Both the position numbers and the translations under genes were made by a program. Of a stretch of 64,000 nucleotides of DNA, positions 49,760 through 62,140 are shown piece after piece (the first letter of the stretch is position 1; each line of letters starts with the position of its first letter). The stretch is taken from positions 224,566,001 through 224,630,000 of the forward strand of contig NC_086097.1 of assembly GCF_963921235.1 (NCBI RefSeq), in the 5' to 3' direction. The notes beneath the pieces were generated by a model. That model made no database searches, was not told where the DNA came from, and saw only the letters and a program-made list of their open reading frames with translations. This DNA is from Mobula hypostoma (lineage: Eukaryota).

Positions 49760-50430
49760 AGTGCAATAGTGTCCTGTTCAACAAGCAGGATTTCCTGGTG
49801 GCCAGCTGTTCTGATTCCAGTCCCCGTTCCCCTTTCCAGTCCCCGTTCCCCTTTCCAGTCCCCGTTCCCCTTTCCAGTCCCCGTTTCCTTTCCAGTCCCC
49901 GTTCCCCTTTCCAGTCCCCGTTTCCTTTCCAGTATGCCGGTCCGTGACATCCTTGAGCCACTCTCAGTTTGAGGGAGCAATACCTCATATTACATCTGGG
50001 TAGTCTAATGGCATGAACATTGATTTCTCCAACTTCTGGTAATATATTCCACACTCTCTCTCCTCTCTTTTTCCATTCCCATTCTGGCTCCCAACTTACC
50101 CCTTCTCTTCTCCTCACCTGCCTATCACCTCCCTTTGGTCCCCCTCCTTCCCATTCTCCCATGGTTCACCCTCCTCTTCTATGGGATTCCTCCTTCTTCA
50201 GCTCTACAGTTGTTCCACCTATCACCTCCTACCTACCTTTCACCTATCACCTTCTAGCTTGTATTGTATTCCTTTCCCTCCCCAACCTACTTATTCTGGT
50301 TTCTATCCCCCCCACTTCCATCCTTTCCAGGTTCTTTATTCCTCCATATAGATGCTCCCTGACCAGCTGAGTTCCTCCATTTTGTGTGTGTTACTCTGGA
50401 TTTCCAGCACCTGCAGAATCTCTTGTGTTC
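49760..50430 (+). mobile_element. Penelope-like 3' fragment containing a minisatellite
   Basis: Homologous to the reverse complement of 23036-23700 (atgaacattgatttctccaacttctggtaa = MNIDFSNFW*). Confidence 0.7.
49815..49933 (+). repeat. Minisatellite, about 6 units of 18-19 bp (ccagtccccgttccccttt / ccagtccccgtttccttt)
   Basis: Directly visible tandem array. Confidence 0.9.
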
Positions 50431-50504
50431 ATAGTGTTCTGTTTCAGATAGATTCTCACATATATAAGATGATAATATTCATTAATATCATGTGTACTTT
50501 TCAG

Positions 50505-50635
50505 CAATCAAGCATTTGTAGAGCTGCAATGCATTATGGAGTACTGGACAACGATGGTGGTTGGGTAGATATTACGAGACAAGGGAAGAAGCCATTCTTT
50601 ATAAAATCTAACCGAAACGGGGTCCAATCGGTTGG
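50505..50635 (+). CDS. CRISPLD1: CRISPLD1 coding exon 9 (LCCL1)
   Basis: cag|[43 protein letters not shown](G)|gtaagc; 131 nt. Confidence 0.95.
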
Positions 50636-52024
50636 GTAAGCATTTTTGACTTCATTTACAGCCTCTCTGTACACCAATACAAAGCGTCAGCAATTAGGCC
50701 TCTACTGTGAAACTACAATATATGCAGCACCACACCGAAAGACCAGGAGTGTTGAATCGTCCTGTAAAACTTTATAATGTCCTTCTGAATATTTGTTCTC
50801 AATAGTGTGTAAGTTCAAATGACTTGAGGTAGTCCTTGGGAAGAAATTAGAACAATCTTTCATTAATCGAGTCTATTAACAGTATGTCACTGAGTCATGG
50901 ACGAGATGAGCAGTTTGGGGTGTAGCAGTGTGCTGATGCTTTAAGAGGGTAAGAACATTTAATTGAGACTGGAAGATGCGCACATCCCTGGGAACATAGT
51001 GTGAACCTTACTGATCAATACTGCCAGAAGCTCCAGAGCCTTGTACTAGGAGCAATTGACCAAGCACTCAATCCCACTATGCTCAACACAGCTAAGTTCC
51101 AGACTAGGTCCCTATGCAATCCCATTACCCACTTACAGAAGCATTGTGATCACAGAGCTGTGTCCAAAATTCAAAAGGCTGAAGGTCTATGATATTATCC
51201 AAATCACAATCAAATCAAATCAAGTTTAATTATCATTCAAACCATACATAGATGGAGCTGAAAGAGACAGTGTTCCTCTGGGGCCAAGGTGCCAAACATT
51301 CAAAAATGGCCAGTATCGTAATTGAAAATAGCGAGCGTAGAAGCATATTCACTCAAAAGAAAAACTACATATAGTCCAAGTCCCTGAGTGACAATGTCTA
51401 GCAATCGATGATACAGTCTCCCGGCGGTGTACAGACGCATGTAATCCAGCCTGTCTTTCCACCGCTCGAACACAGGAGGGCAACACCAAAGGATGAGACC
51501 AGCCCCCAGCTGAGCACAGACACCATGCTGTAAATGCTTTCATGTCAGTCACCTGGCCTGCAGCAGCAGGCAAGCCCGAGGCTTGAGGCCTAGTTCTCGC
51601 TACAACTGAGGCTACGCAGCTCTCATGTCGACTGTCCCACCACCAGGCAAGGGTAACAGGCCTGCAGCATCTTACATTGACACTGTCCAACAGATTCTTT
51701 GCGATCTCAAGTGAAATGTCCAAGACAATCTCCCACAGTTATACTGCACCAACTCCGATGCTTCTGAGTAGCAGTCAGCAATGCGGTCTGCACTCTGCTG
51801 GGCTCCTCCAACATCTCAACTGGCTCTGCCGCCAACACCAGTCCAGCTACTCCAATCAACGAGCAGCTTACTGATGGAGTAGCCCTGCATAACCCAATGT
51901 TCTTGGAGTAGGTTTGTCTTTAGATCGTTTTAAAAAAAAAACAACAAATTTTACAAAGTAAAAAGCACCTTTGGTTAGCCCCCAAGAAGCAACTGTGTTC
52001 ACACTAGCCGCCACATTACCAGAA

Positions 52025-52062
52025 CGGTCCTGATGAAGGGTCCCGACCTGAAACGTTGACTG
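52025..52062 (+). ncRNA. Candidate minimal type I hammerhead ribozyme in a Penelope-like terminal repeat
   Basis: cggtc-CTGATGA-agggtcccgacct-GAAA-c-GTT-gactg: stem I closes (one G-U), core intact, short stem II, and a palindromic aacgtt in place of stem III. Confidence 0.55.
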
Positions 52063-52550
52063 TTTACTCTTTTCCATAGATGCTGCCTGTCTGCTGAGTT
52101 CCTCCACATTTTGTGTGTATTGCTGTGATTTCCAGCATCTGCAGATTTTCTCTTATTTGTGAAGATCCATGATGTTGCACAAACAGACTACAATTTATCC
52201 GAAGAACTTATTAATACCTTTTTTATCCAGTGCACGTCATACCCAGTCTGCAGTCTTACTCTGGGACTGGTTAAAGTGCCCCTTTGTTCAGTATGCTAAA
52301 CATGAAGGCAACTAGAAGGAAAGGAAAAGTTGTGGGTCTGAGTTCTGAAGGTAAGACTGAGATTCAATAGAGGAAGTGACAAGGAAGAGAGAATGCAGGG
52401 GAGTTAGAAGGAAGTGTTTTAAGAAAAGTGTCCGTGATGATCTTTGCAACAATTATAAAAACAGTTTATTGTCTGTTCTATATTTGATTATATTTTATTG
52501 ATTTACCTTCTCTGTGATCTTCAGCTAACATATTTCTTCCTTTGATTCAG

Positions 52551-52594
52551 TAAATATAGACCTGCCAATTCATTTACTATCTCTGAAGTACCAG
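52551..52594 (+). CDS. CRISPLD1: CRISPLD1 coding exon 10
   Basis: cag|KYRPANSFTISEVP|gttagt; 44 nt. Confidence 0.9.
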
Positions 52595-52675
52595 GTTAGT
52601 TCCTTAAATGTAAATTCTAAATATTTTATTCCAATTATGTGTTATTATTCACTGTAACTTTAATTTTCTCTGTAG

Positions 52676-52748
52676 TTCGATCGGCTACCTGCCAGACTAA
52701 AGCGTATGAAATTTGCACGTTCAAAAAGCCATTTTCACATTGTCCGAG
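52676..52748 (+). CDS. CRISPLD1: CRISPLD1 coding exon 11 (start of LCCL2)
   Basis: tag|(V)RSATCQTKAYEICTFKKPFSHCP(R)|gtaagt; 73 nt. Confidence 0.9.
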
Positions 52749-53352
52749 GTAAGTGAGTCACTTGACTAACTTGTTTGGTACATAGTCCTTCTCCATGGTT
52801 AATGTGGGCTTGTGGAGCCTGAATGCAGCCCGGAGAACAGAGGACTGGGTTGGAATGGGTGCAGAATGACAAATACAGGAGTAGAGCACATTAGTAACTT
52901 TGAGCTACTGATAGCTGCTCCTTGCTCAGTGTCACTGCTGTTTTTATTGAACTTTGGAAAATCTGGCCATCAGCAGTTAAACTTAAATCGGCCCTTTTAG
53001 AATATCTTCTTAATGTGTTATATCTTTTCAAAGCTGGGCACCTGTACATTTCACTGCTCCTTCTGGATGTAGAGATGGAATGTGTTTACAGTTGCATTTT
53101 TTATTAAATTTTGCCATCCGATAAACCTGATTCTGATACAAATGAAGGACGTATAAAGCTGACTGACTTTAAAAGTAAATTGCTTTGTGTATCACTTGTA
53201 TGGTAGTGCACTCATAGGACGGGAATTTTCTTTTAACAAAGTACTTTTTTTAACAATGAATATCACATTACATGGCTCATATATTGCTGTTACCTGTGTC
53301 TGTTTTACTTGACTTACATGCTGAATATGTGTGTTTCCGTCCCAATTTTCAG

Positions 53353-53428
53353 GATGTATTGTCCATCAAACTGTATGGAAGAAAATCCACATCTGGCTCG
53401 GGTAATTGGTACCCGATTCTACTCTGAT
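53353..53428 (+). CDS. CRISPLD1: CRISPLD1 coding exon 12 (LCCL2); the gene continues
   Basis: cag|MYCPSNCMEENPHLARVIGTRFYSD|gtaagt; 76 nt, ends in phase 0. Confidence 0.92.
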
Positions 53429-56400
53429 GTAAGTAGCTAGAATGGCTCTTGCTGAATGATTTCTTTTAGTTAGTGTACAAGGTTCTCAATATTATCAGTG
53501 TCAGTGGTGGCTCGGCTGGTGGCACTCTGACTTCTGACTCAGGAGTTTCCTGGTTCATGACCTATCCAGAGAGCTGAGCACAAAAATTTGGACCAATACA
53601 CCAGTGTAGTACTGAAGGCAAAGCAGAGAAGCATTTTTACATAGGCCCTTCAGCCCATCTAGTCCATCCCAAAACAATTTAAAAGACTCTGTGGTACTAT
53701 TCTAAGGAAGAACAGCATGGAACGCTGTTTCATGCTTGTCCATCAATCAGCAATTCTAAAATTGCTTCCCCGGTCACTATTGCATTGTTATTTGTTGCAA
53801 TTTGATGTCTACAAAATTGATTATTTTATGATGGTGACTACAGTTCCAAAGTACTTTATTAACTCTAAAGCTCTATAAAATGTTCCAAAAGGGATGTGAA
53901 AGCAAGAAATAAGTGCAATATTTTTCCTCACGTTATAATTATCAAGTTGCCCATTTCCAAGTAAAAGGTTTGATATCATCTCAATTTCTTTCATTGGATA
54001 TTATGTCTGGAACTTATTTTTAAAATGTCATTATGAGAATATACTAACATAAAAAGTTATGAGCCACTCAACCTGCTCAAGTTTCCTCCAACATTTAATC
54101 AGATCAGCAAAGATGCAAATTCATTTATTATACGTACATTGAAACATACAGTAAAATGTGTACTTTGCATTCACAACCAATACAGCTGAGGCTGTGCTGG
54201 AAAGCCATTAGTGTCACCACAAATTTTAATCTCAACTCTCCCACAGTATCTCATACTTCAGTAATTTCCAACAAGATGAAATATCCCTTCTGCCTCCACC
54301 CTGTGAAGATCCCTCAGGATCTTCCTGCTAAGATCGTTCTAAATCTTCTAAACTCCAACAGATCCTACATTGAAAACAGGTTTTTCTTGAATCCTATTGT
54401 GTTTCTTTCTATTTACTGTAAATGTCCATAAGGAGATGACTCTCAGGATGGTATATGGTAACATAAGTGTACTTCCATAATAATTAACTTTGAAATTTGA
54501 ATTGCCAATCCCTTCCTCATAAAACTGCCTTGTCAATTCCAGCTATTAGTCCAGGAATCTTGTTTGAAGTGCTGCCAACGTACTAATACCTTCCTTCAGT
54601 AAGGTGACTAGTATTGTAGATGTGGTCTCATCACTGCCCTTCATAACTGAAGCATAACTCCCCCAGAAATAAAGATCTCATTTATATTATCTCTATTGTC
54701 TGGCCTTGTACTAGTAGCATGTTACCATTTTTCAAATCATGTGCCAGGATTCTCAGATCCCTCTGCATCTTGGAACTCTACAAACTCTCACCTTTGATAT
54801 ACTGTACTGTGTATTTTTATTACCAAATACATTGATTTTTAAAAAATGTATAAAAAGTATACTGTAGAAAATTAAGGCTTCTAAGATTTTGAGATTTTTT
54901 TTCACTAAACTAAACAAAAAGTAGAACTCACAGAAATGACAACCTATTGTGAAATTTTTCATTAACAACAGAAGGTAGTTGTTGAGTTTGGTCTCAATTT
55001 TCAAGAAACATGCTGACAAAACTATAAAGTGATTTGCTTAAAAAAAGCTGAACTGATCAACTATGAGCAAGAAAACTCAGATAGTTAATAACCGTTAGTT
55101 GTTTCCATACCCATGTTTTTGTAGCATTAAAACACCAAAGAGGTAAATAGAAAATAACCCAAAAGGAGCTAAGAGGATAAAAAGGACTGTAAGAGATTGT
55201 AAGTTGCTAGGTATACACATGCTCTTGTTAAATCACACCCAGAACACTATGAACTGTTTTGGCAGCATAATTTAAAAAAAAATATATCAATTTTGAAAAG
55301 AGTATATGAAGACTTACCTGAATGACACCTGTATTTCAAGACTCAGGCTGTAAGACTAATTTGCACACACCAAGGGAGTATCCCCTCAAATTCGGAGGAT
55401 TCATGTACATTTCCCTTGAAGTTTTGTAATCATTAAGATGAACTGGTGAAGTAGATGGATAGAGGAATTGTATCTTGGTCTGGATGTCTCAAACAATAAC
55501 CCATTGTCTAAAAGTTTGAAGCAAGTCTTTCAGAAGTAGGATGAGGAAAGCTTCTCCTCACAAAGGGTGGTGGAGATTATGAACATCCACAAGTCATTAA
55601 GTGTTACATTTAAATCTGGAATTGATAGAATTTTATTAAACAAAAAATGGGTATATTTGCTGAGAGATTGGATTGCTTACTGCCAATCCAATTTGCATGT
55701 ATGACAATGTAAAATTTGATTTCAGCTAGATTAGATCATGCTAGCAATTGTATCTAGGTGAAATCATACTGATCATATGATTTGTTCTTGTTCCAGTGTA
55801 GTTGGTTTGATCTGACCAAGAATCACAACTTTCAAACTCTAATTTGCCATGAGTTCCTAGGCAAATATGACTGTGATTTTTGGACTGATCCAGCTTATAA
55901 TTTTGGGGAAAAATAACTTTGATTGTTAAAGTTATTTATACAATATATTCTAGGAAGGATGCCACCACTTGGACCAGCTCTGGCTCTGTGTTTGAGGTAC
56001 ATGTACTTCCAGAGAAATTAGAATCAAAAACCAAACTGATATTTATTATTTCTTTTGCCAAAATTCTGTGGAAATTTTTACAGTAGAGGTACAGAGAACA
56101 ACAGTGCTACAGTAATGCCATCCTTTCCTGAATGAATTTAATGAAGGGAAGTAAGTCATATATCCATGGGTGGTAAAAGTATGAAATGTTACAAGTGGCA
56201 GCTCCACATTACATCAGCATGGGTTAAATAAGTTAAAATTAACTTCTGTAATAATTTTTTCATACCTTTTGAAAGTACTGCAAAATTTACAGTGTTTTAT
56301 GCTCATTGATATTGATTCTCAATCTACATTTGAAACTTTGTACCTGATATGCTAGTTATTCCAAAGGGTTTATATGAACTCTGTAAAGTTTCCCTTCTAA

Positions 56401-57497
56401 ATCTGAGGGAATCCATCGTATGCCTACACACCAGTACGTATACACTAATAAAACTAGACTTTTAAGGTTTCCAAACTCAATATTAAATTGATTTTATTGA
56501 GATATGTATCTTACAGTAATCATTGCAGTATTTTATTCAGAATGTTAATGAAGGTTCAAAATTTTATCACTAGATATGCAGACATAAACCATAAAGTATT
56601 CACAGCTTGAAACACTGGTATTCATGTGGCAATATTGCTTTCCTAAATTGCTGAAATGCATGATTTTGACTTTATTTGCTAATGGCGTACAGGTTATGCA
56701 TTTGAAATGGTGTTGGTGATGTTTATTTCGTGGTTTGCATTATAGTGTAAATGGGATATGCGTGAATTTGAATGGATACCGTGCCAAAACACACATACTT
56801 TACACCTCCTGTACCTAATAAAGTGGCCACTGAGGGTATATGCATGCCAGATGCCAGAAGATTATAGAAAAGGAAATTTGTGATTTACAGCAGTCATCAT
56901 GCAGTTTGGATTTACTGTCAATACTGCTTTGGATGACTACAATCCAGCCAATACAATATGCAAACCATACATAAAAAAAAAGATAATCAATCAGCAACTT
57001 ACTTCCCTTCATTGAATAAGAAATAATTTCAACATTTTCTGCACAGACAACCGAGCAGAAGCTGCAACGAAGTATCTAGATATCCTTTGTCACAAATAGG
57101 GACCCACTGTTAGGACTCTGCACAGTAGGGACAACTAGAAGGCCTAAATAGCTAAAGAGCAGGAGAAGTTCTGAGCAGTGCTAGTAAAAGGAAGGGCTAT
57201 AGGGGTCTAGTCACGAGGAGCCCTCCTGCTGGATATTTTTGAGAAACACATGTAGTTATAGAAGCTGTGACATCTGAGACTGTGATTCTCCATGGAAGTG
57301 ATGACTTGTGTAGAGCTGCAGCCATAGAGACTCACCTAGACTGCTTTGTCTGTGGCTGGGAAGGTCCATGGCTCTAATCTTTTCCTGTTTACGTTTTCAT
57401 CTTTTCTTTATATAAAGATCATCAGGCAAAGTAATCAGGATCCTCACAGACAATGTGGGTTCCAAATGATGCAAGGTGATTGATTACAAGCATACCG

Positions 57498-59260
57498 TGA
57501 GTTTTTCCTCATCTCGGTCCTAAAAGGCTTCCCCTTTTTCCTTAAACTGTGAAACTATGGAAGTCCTGCCATCCCAGGAATCAATCTGGTGAACCTTCTT
57601 TGTACTCCCTCTATGGCAAGGATGTCTTTCCTCAGATTAGGGGACCAAAACTGCACACAATACTCCAGGTGTGGTCTCACCAAGGCCTTGTACAACTGCA
57701 GTAGTACCTCCCTGCTCCTGTACTCGAATCCTCTTGCTATGAATGCCAGCATACCATTCGCCTTTTTCACCACCTGCTGTACCTGCATGCCCACTTTCAA
57801 TGACTGGTGTATAATGACACCCAGGTCTCGTTGCACCTCCCCTTTTCCTAATCGGCCATCATTCAGGTAATAATCTGTTTTCCTGTTTTTGCCACCAAAG
57901 TGGATAACCTCACATTTATCCACATTAAATTGTATCTGCCGTGAATTTTCCCACTCACCTAACCTATCCAAGTCACCCTGCATCCTCTTAGCATCCTCCT
58001 CACAGCTAACACTGCTGCCCAGCTTCGTGTCATCCGCAAACTTGGAGATGCTGCATTTATTTCCCTCATCTAAGTCATTAATATATATTGTAAACAATTG
58101 GGGTCCCAGCACTGAGCCTTGCGGTACCCCACTAGTCACTGCCTGCCATTCTGAAAAGGTCCCATTTATTCCCACTCTTTGCCTCCTGTCTGCCAACCAA
58201 TTCTCTATCCACATTAATACCTTACCCCCAATACCGTGTGCTTTAAGTTTGCACACTAATCTCCTGTGTGGGACCTTGTCAAAAGCCCTTTGAAAATCCA
58301 AATATACCACATCCACTGGTTCTCCCCTATCCACTCTACTAGTTACACCCTCAAAAAATTCTATGAGATTCGTCAGACATGATTTTCCTTTCAAAAATCC
58401 ATGCTGACTTTTTCCGATGATTTCACCGCTTTCCGAATGTGCTGTTATCACATCTTTGATAACTGACTCTAGCATTTTCCCCACCACCGATGTCAGGCTA
58501 ACCGGTCTATAATTCCCTGGTTTCTCTCTACCTCCTTTTTTAAAAAGTGGGGTTACATTAGCCACCCTCCAATCCTCGGGAACTAGTCCAGAATCTAAAG
58601 AGTTTTGAAAAATTATCACTAATGCATCCACTATTTCTTGGGCTACTTCCTTAAGCACTCTGGGATGCAGACCATCTGGCACTGGGGATTTATCCGCCTT
58701 TAATCCCTTCAATTTACCTAACACCACTTCCCTACTAACATGTATTTCCCTCAGTTCCTCCATCTCACTGGACCCTCTGTCCCCTACTATTTCCGGAAGA
58801 TTATTTATGTCATCCTTAGTGAAAACAGAACCAAAGTAGTTATTCAATTGGTCTGCCATGTCCTTGTTCCCCATAATCAATTCACCTGTTTCTGTCTGTA
58901 GGGGACCTACATTTGTCTTAACCAATCTTTTTCTTTTCACGTATCTATAAAAGCTTTTACAGTCAGTTTTTATGTTCCCTGCCAGTTTTCTCTCATAATC
59001 TTTTTTCCCCTTCCTAACTAAGCCCTTTGTCCTCCTCTGCTGGACTCTGAATTTCTCCCAGTCCTCAGGTGAGCCACTTTTTCTGGCTAATTTGAATGCT
59101 TCTTCTTTGGAATTGATACTATCCCTGATTTCCCTTGTCAGCCATGGGTGCACTACCTTCCCTGATTTATTCTTTTGCCAAACTGGGATGAACAATTGTT
59201 GTAGTTCATCCATGCGATCTTTAAATGCTTGCCATTGCGTATCCACCGTCAACCCTTTAA
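57498..59260 (-). mobile_element. Young CR1 LINE fragment of the same family as 13847-16696, truncated at both ends
   Basis: 565-codon open RT frame (57555-59252), nearly identical by eye to the nested copy. It lacks the 3' tail and has a deletion near 57553. Confidence 0.92.
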
Positions 59261-59399
59261 CCCTTTAACCCTACCAGCTCCAAGGAAGGTTAGTAGTATG
59301 GTGAAATATACTCTTCACTTGCCTGGATGAATATCTCTTCAACAAAATTTAAAGCTCATCCAGGACAAAACAATTCTATGTAATTGATACCTGATCTAT

Positions 59400-60172
59400 T
59401 CATTATCATCATCATTATGTGCCATGTCGTATGATGTGGGCAACCATGGTCTTCTATCTGTCTTTAATCTGAGAAATTCTAATAAGCTGTTCATAACCTG
59501 TCCATACCTTGATCTAACTCGACAGCGACTTTTTCTTCCATCAATTTTTCCTGTCACTGCAAGATGTTCGCACTTCTCTTTCCTCAGTACATGTCCCAGA
59601 AATTCCAGCTGCCACTACCTGATTGATATCAGCTTTCTTCTTATTCCAGCTTTTCACAACTCTTCCTCATTTTTTTTCCCTACCACGAAATTTTCATCAT
59701 TCTTCCCAAAAAGCACATTTCTGCAGCTTCATGTCTTCCCTCATTTTGCTTTGGTGTTGTCCAACATTCACTTCCATATGTTAGTTGCAATGAGTTTCGT
59801 ACTCATAGAAATTATGCTATTCTTTAGTATCTTGCTTGAACGTGCATTTAGCAATCCCAGTTCTTCTAACTTCAACATCTGCCCTACTCCCAGGTGTTAT
59901 TATGCTCCCTAAGTAATTGAACTTCTTTCTTTGTTTAATTGTTTCTTTTCCCACTTTCAGTTCACATTTCTGTATTTCTTTCGCTGTGATGAGAAGATTC
60001 TCCTTTATAGTGAGAAGATTCTAAGAAAAATTAGCAGTATTCCAGGCATGACAATTTGAACTCCCTATGGTACACACATGGCACTATACTGATAGGTACT
60101 TCTAAAGAGCAGCTCCAAGAAATAATAGATAAAGTCATCAAAAGAAATTGCAGGAGAGGATTGACCATCAAC
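59400..60172 (-). mobile_element. RTE-clade LINE fragment with an inverted 5' segment
   Basis: Minus strand RQLEFLGHVLRKEKCEHLAVTGKIDG with a (tga)n tail at 59403. 60005-60172 encodes the upstream RT part on the + strand. Confidence 0.65.
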
Positions 60173-60299
60173 TTGATCATCCTTGATGATTCCCTCCTCT
60201 ACCACCAGTGCAAGAAGGCTGCAATGTGTGCTGTATACAATAGCTGCTACAGCAACTTACTAGGATTTCTCCCAGAGCACTCCCACCTAGAATGGGCAG

Positions 60300-60560
60300 A
60301 CCCATAGTGTAGTAGTGGGCATACTCTTTACAGTGCAGGCCCAGGTTCAGTGCCCCCGCTGCCTGTAAGGAGTTTGTACGCTTTCCCCGTGACCATGTGG
60401 GTTTCCTCCAGGTGCTCCAATTTCTTCCCATTGTACAAGGGATAATTGGTCATTGTTAACTGTCCCATGATTAGGTTTGGATTAAAACAGGGAATTGCTG
60501 GGCAGTGCAGCTTGAAGAGCTGGAAGGGCCTATTCCTGTTGTATGTCAAGAAATAAATAA
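60300..60560 (+). mobile_element. V-SINE-like tRNA-derived SINE
   Basis: ccaggttcagtgcc...gtgaccatgtgggtttcctccaggtgctcc...aaataaataaa; related to 29185-29480. Confidence 0.65.
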
Positions 60561-61524
60561 ATGCAACATAGAAGATCAAGGGAACGCAGCAGCTCTCTCC
60601 CACTCACAAACTCTCCTACCATGGAAATATTCATTTGCTTCTCCTGACCTAAGTGCTGAAATAGCCTTGCTGTACAATAGTCAGGGGGTATCTGTAAGTA
60701 AAGCAGTAGATTAAGAAGGTAGATCCTCACTACTCCCCTCAAAGGAAATTAGGAACAATTATTATTCCTGAACTGTCAGCAAACCTTGCATTCCTAAAAT
60801 TAACAAAAATAAATATTCTTCATTGCATTATTCCTTGATTGTTGGTCATCCATAACCCACAGTCACTGAACGCAGGCCAAACCAAATCGGCAATCTAAAC
60901 TAAATGCATGCCTGCAGAATGACTCCAAAGTGTAGAAATGCAGAATTATGTACCTGCATACAGATTCTACTCCAGTCCCGAAGTACCTTGTGAGCGTGAG
61001 CTTACCACTTTCTTGTGTGATCTTTTTCCCAAAGCTGGCCACAGAGTCTGGCAGCAACATTATTAAAGGGCTAGTATTCTCCTCCATGCCAGGTGCACTA
61101 TTGCTGATGCCAGTTACGTGCCTATGTGCCTGACATTATTAAAAATCTAGCAGTGTGCTGAAGAAGGTAAGGTTCGAAACCCAGTAGAGGCAAGTGTGTG
61201 AGGTTAAATGTTTGGTAGGTGTGCTGATTTTGTTTTTGTTATATGAACTATGGGGGTTTAATATATAAAGCACTGTGTCAGGCTGATACTGTGTTTGTTG
61301 GAACTGAAGGTTTTATTGACCTTGACTGTGTTAATTAAAATTATACTTGCTTTTATCTAGTTTAACCCAATCTGTACATAAGCTCTGCAATGCAAAAGTA
61401 GAGTTAAGCTTTGTAATAAATCCACAGACTTCATCAATTGTGCTGAGGCTCTTTATGACTTCACTCCTCACCATAGTTATTTCTTGAACAGTGAGTAACT
61501 CCTCCTGAACCCACAGAAATTTCA

Positions 61525-61812
61525 CAGCCTCAGGATAGAGGGATGTCTTTTTGGAACTGAGATGAGGAGGAATTCAGAGAGTGGTGAATTTGTGGAACTC
61601 CTTGCCATAGGTGGCTGTAGTCATTGGGTGTATTTAAGGCAGAGATTGATAAATTATTGATCAGTCAGGGCATGAAGAAATACGGGGAGAAGGTGGGAGA
61701 TTGGGGCTGAGAGGGAAAATGGATCAGCCGTGATGAAATGGCAGAGCGGAATAAATGGGCCAAATGGCCTAATTCTGCTCCTATATCTTGTTGTCTTATG
61801 GCTTTATGGTCT
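61525..61812 (+). mobile_element. CR1 3' end
   Basis: Same 3' UTR as 4440-4740, 26750-26905 and 47350-47566 (gggccaaatggcctaattctgctcctatatctt). Confidence 0.8.
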
Positions 61813-61974
61813 AAAATCTCCCATTGGCCATTTCATTTCCTAATTTTGCTTGGTGGAATTCGAGGGAGAATGATGATCTAAAAATGGCTGAAACACTTGA
61901 AATACCAAATCGTAGAAATGACTCACTGCAGTGTTAAAGAGGTTTGAGTAATTAAGTGTAAATTACTTATAAGT

Positions 61975-62140
61975 ACAAGAGATTCTGCAGATGCTGGAAA
62001 TCCAGAATGTAACATACAAAATACTGCAGGAGCTCAGCAGGTCAGGCAGCATCTATGGTCCAAAACGTCAACTGTTTATTCCCCTCAATAGATGCAGCCT
62101 GACCCGCTGGGTTCCTCAGCATCTTGTATGTGTTGCCCTG
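61975..62140. repeat. Degenerate Penelope-derived foldback
   Basis: ctgcagatgctggaaatcc...ctcagcaggtcaggcagcatcta followed by an imperfect inverted copy, tagatgcagcctgacccgctg; the centre is deleted. Confidence 0.6.

Noticed and set aside
49815..49933. CRISPR-like array
   Set aside because: Units are contiguous with no unique spacers, there are no cas genes, and the context is vertebrate. It is a minisatellite. The gene name CRISPLD1 is unrelated to CRISPR.
59251..59272. Telomerase-added telomeric repeat
   Set aside because: The unit is an 8-mer (TTAAAGGG) matching adjacent CR1 sequence, not TTAGGG.
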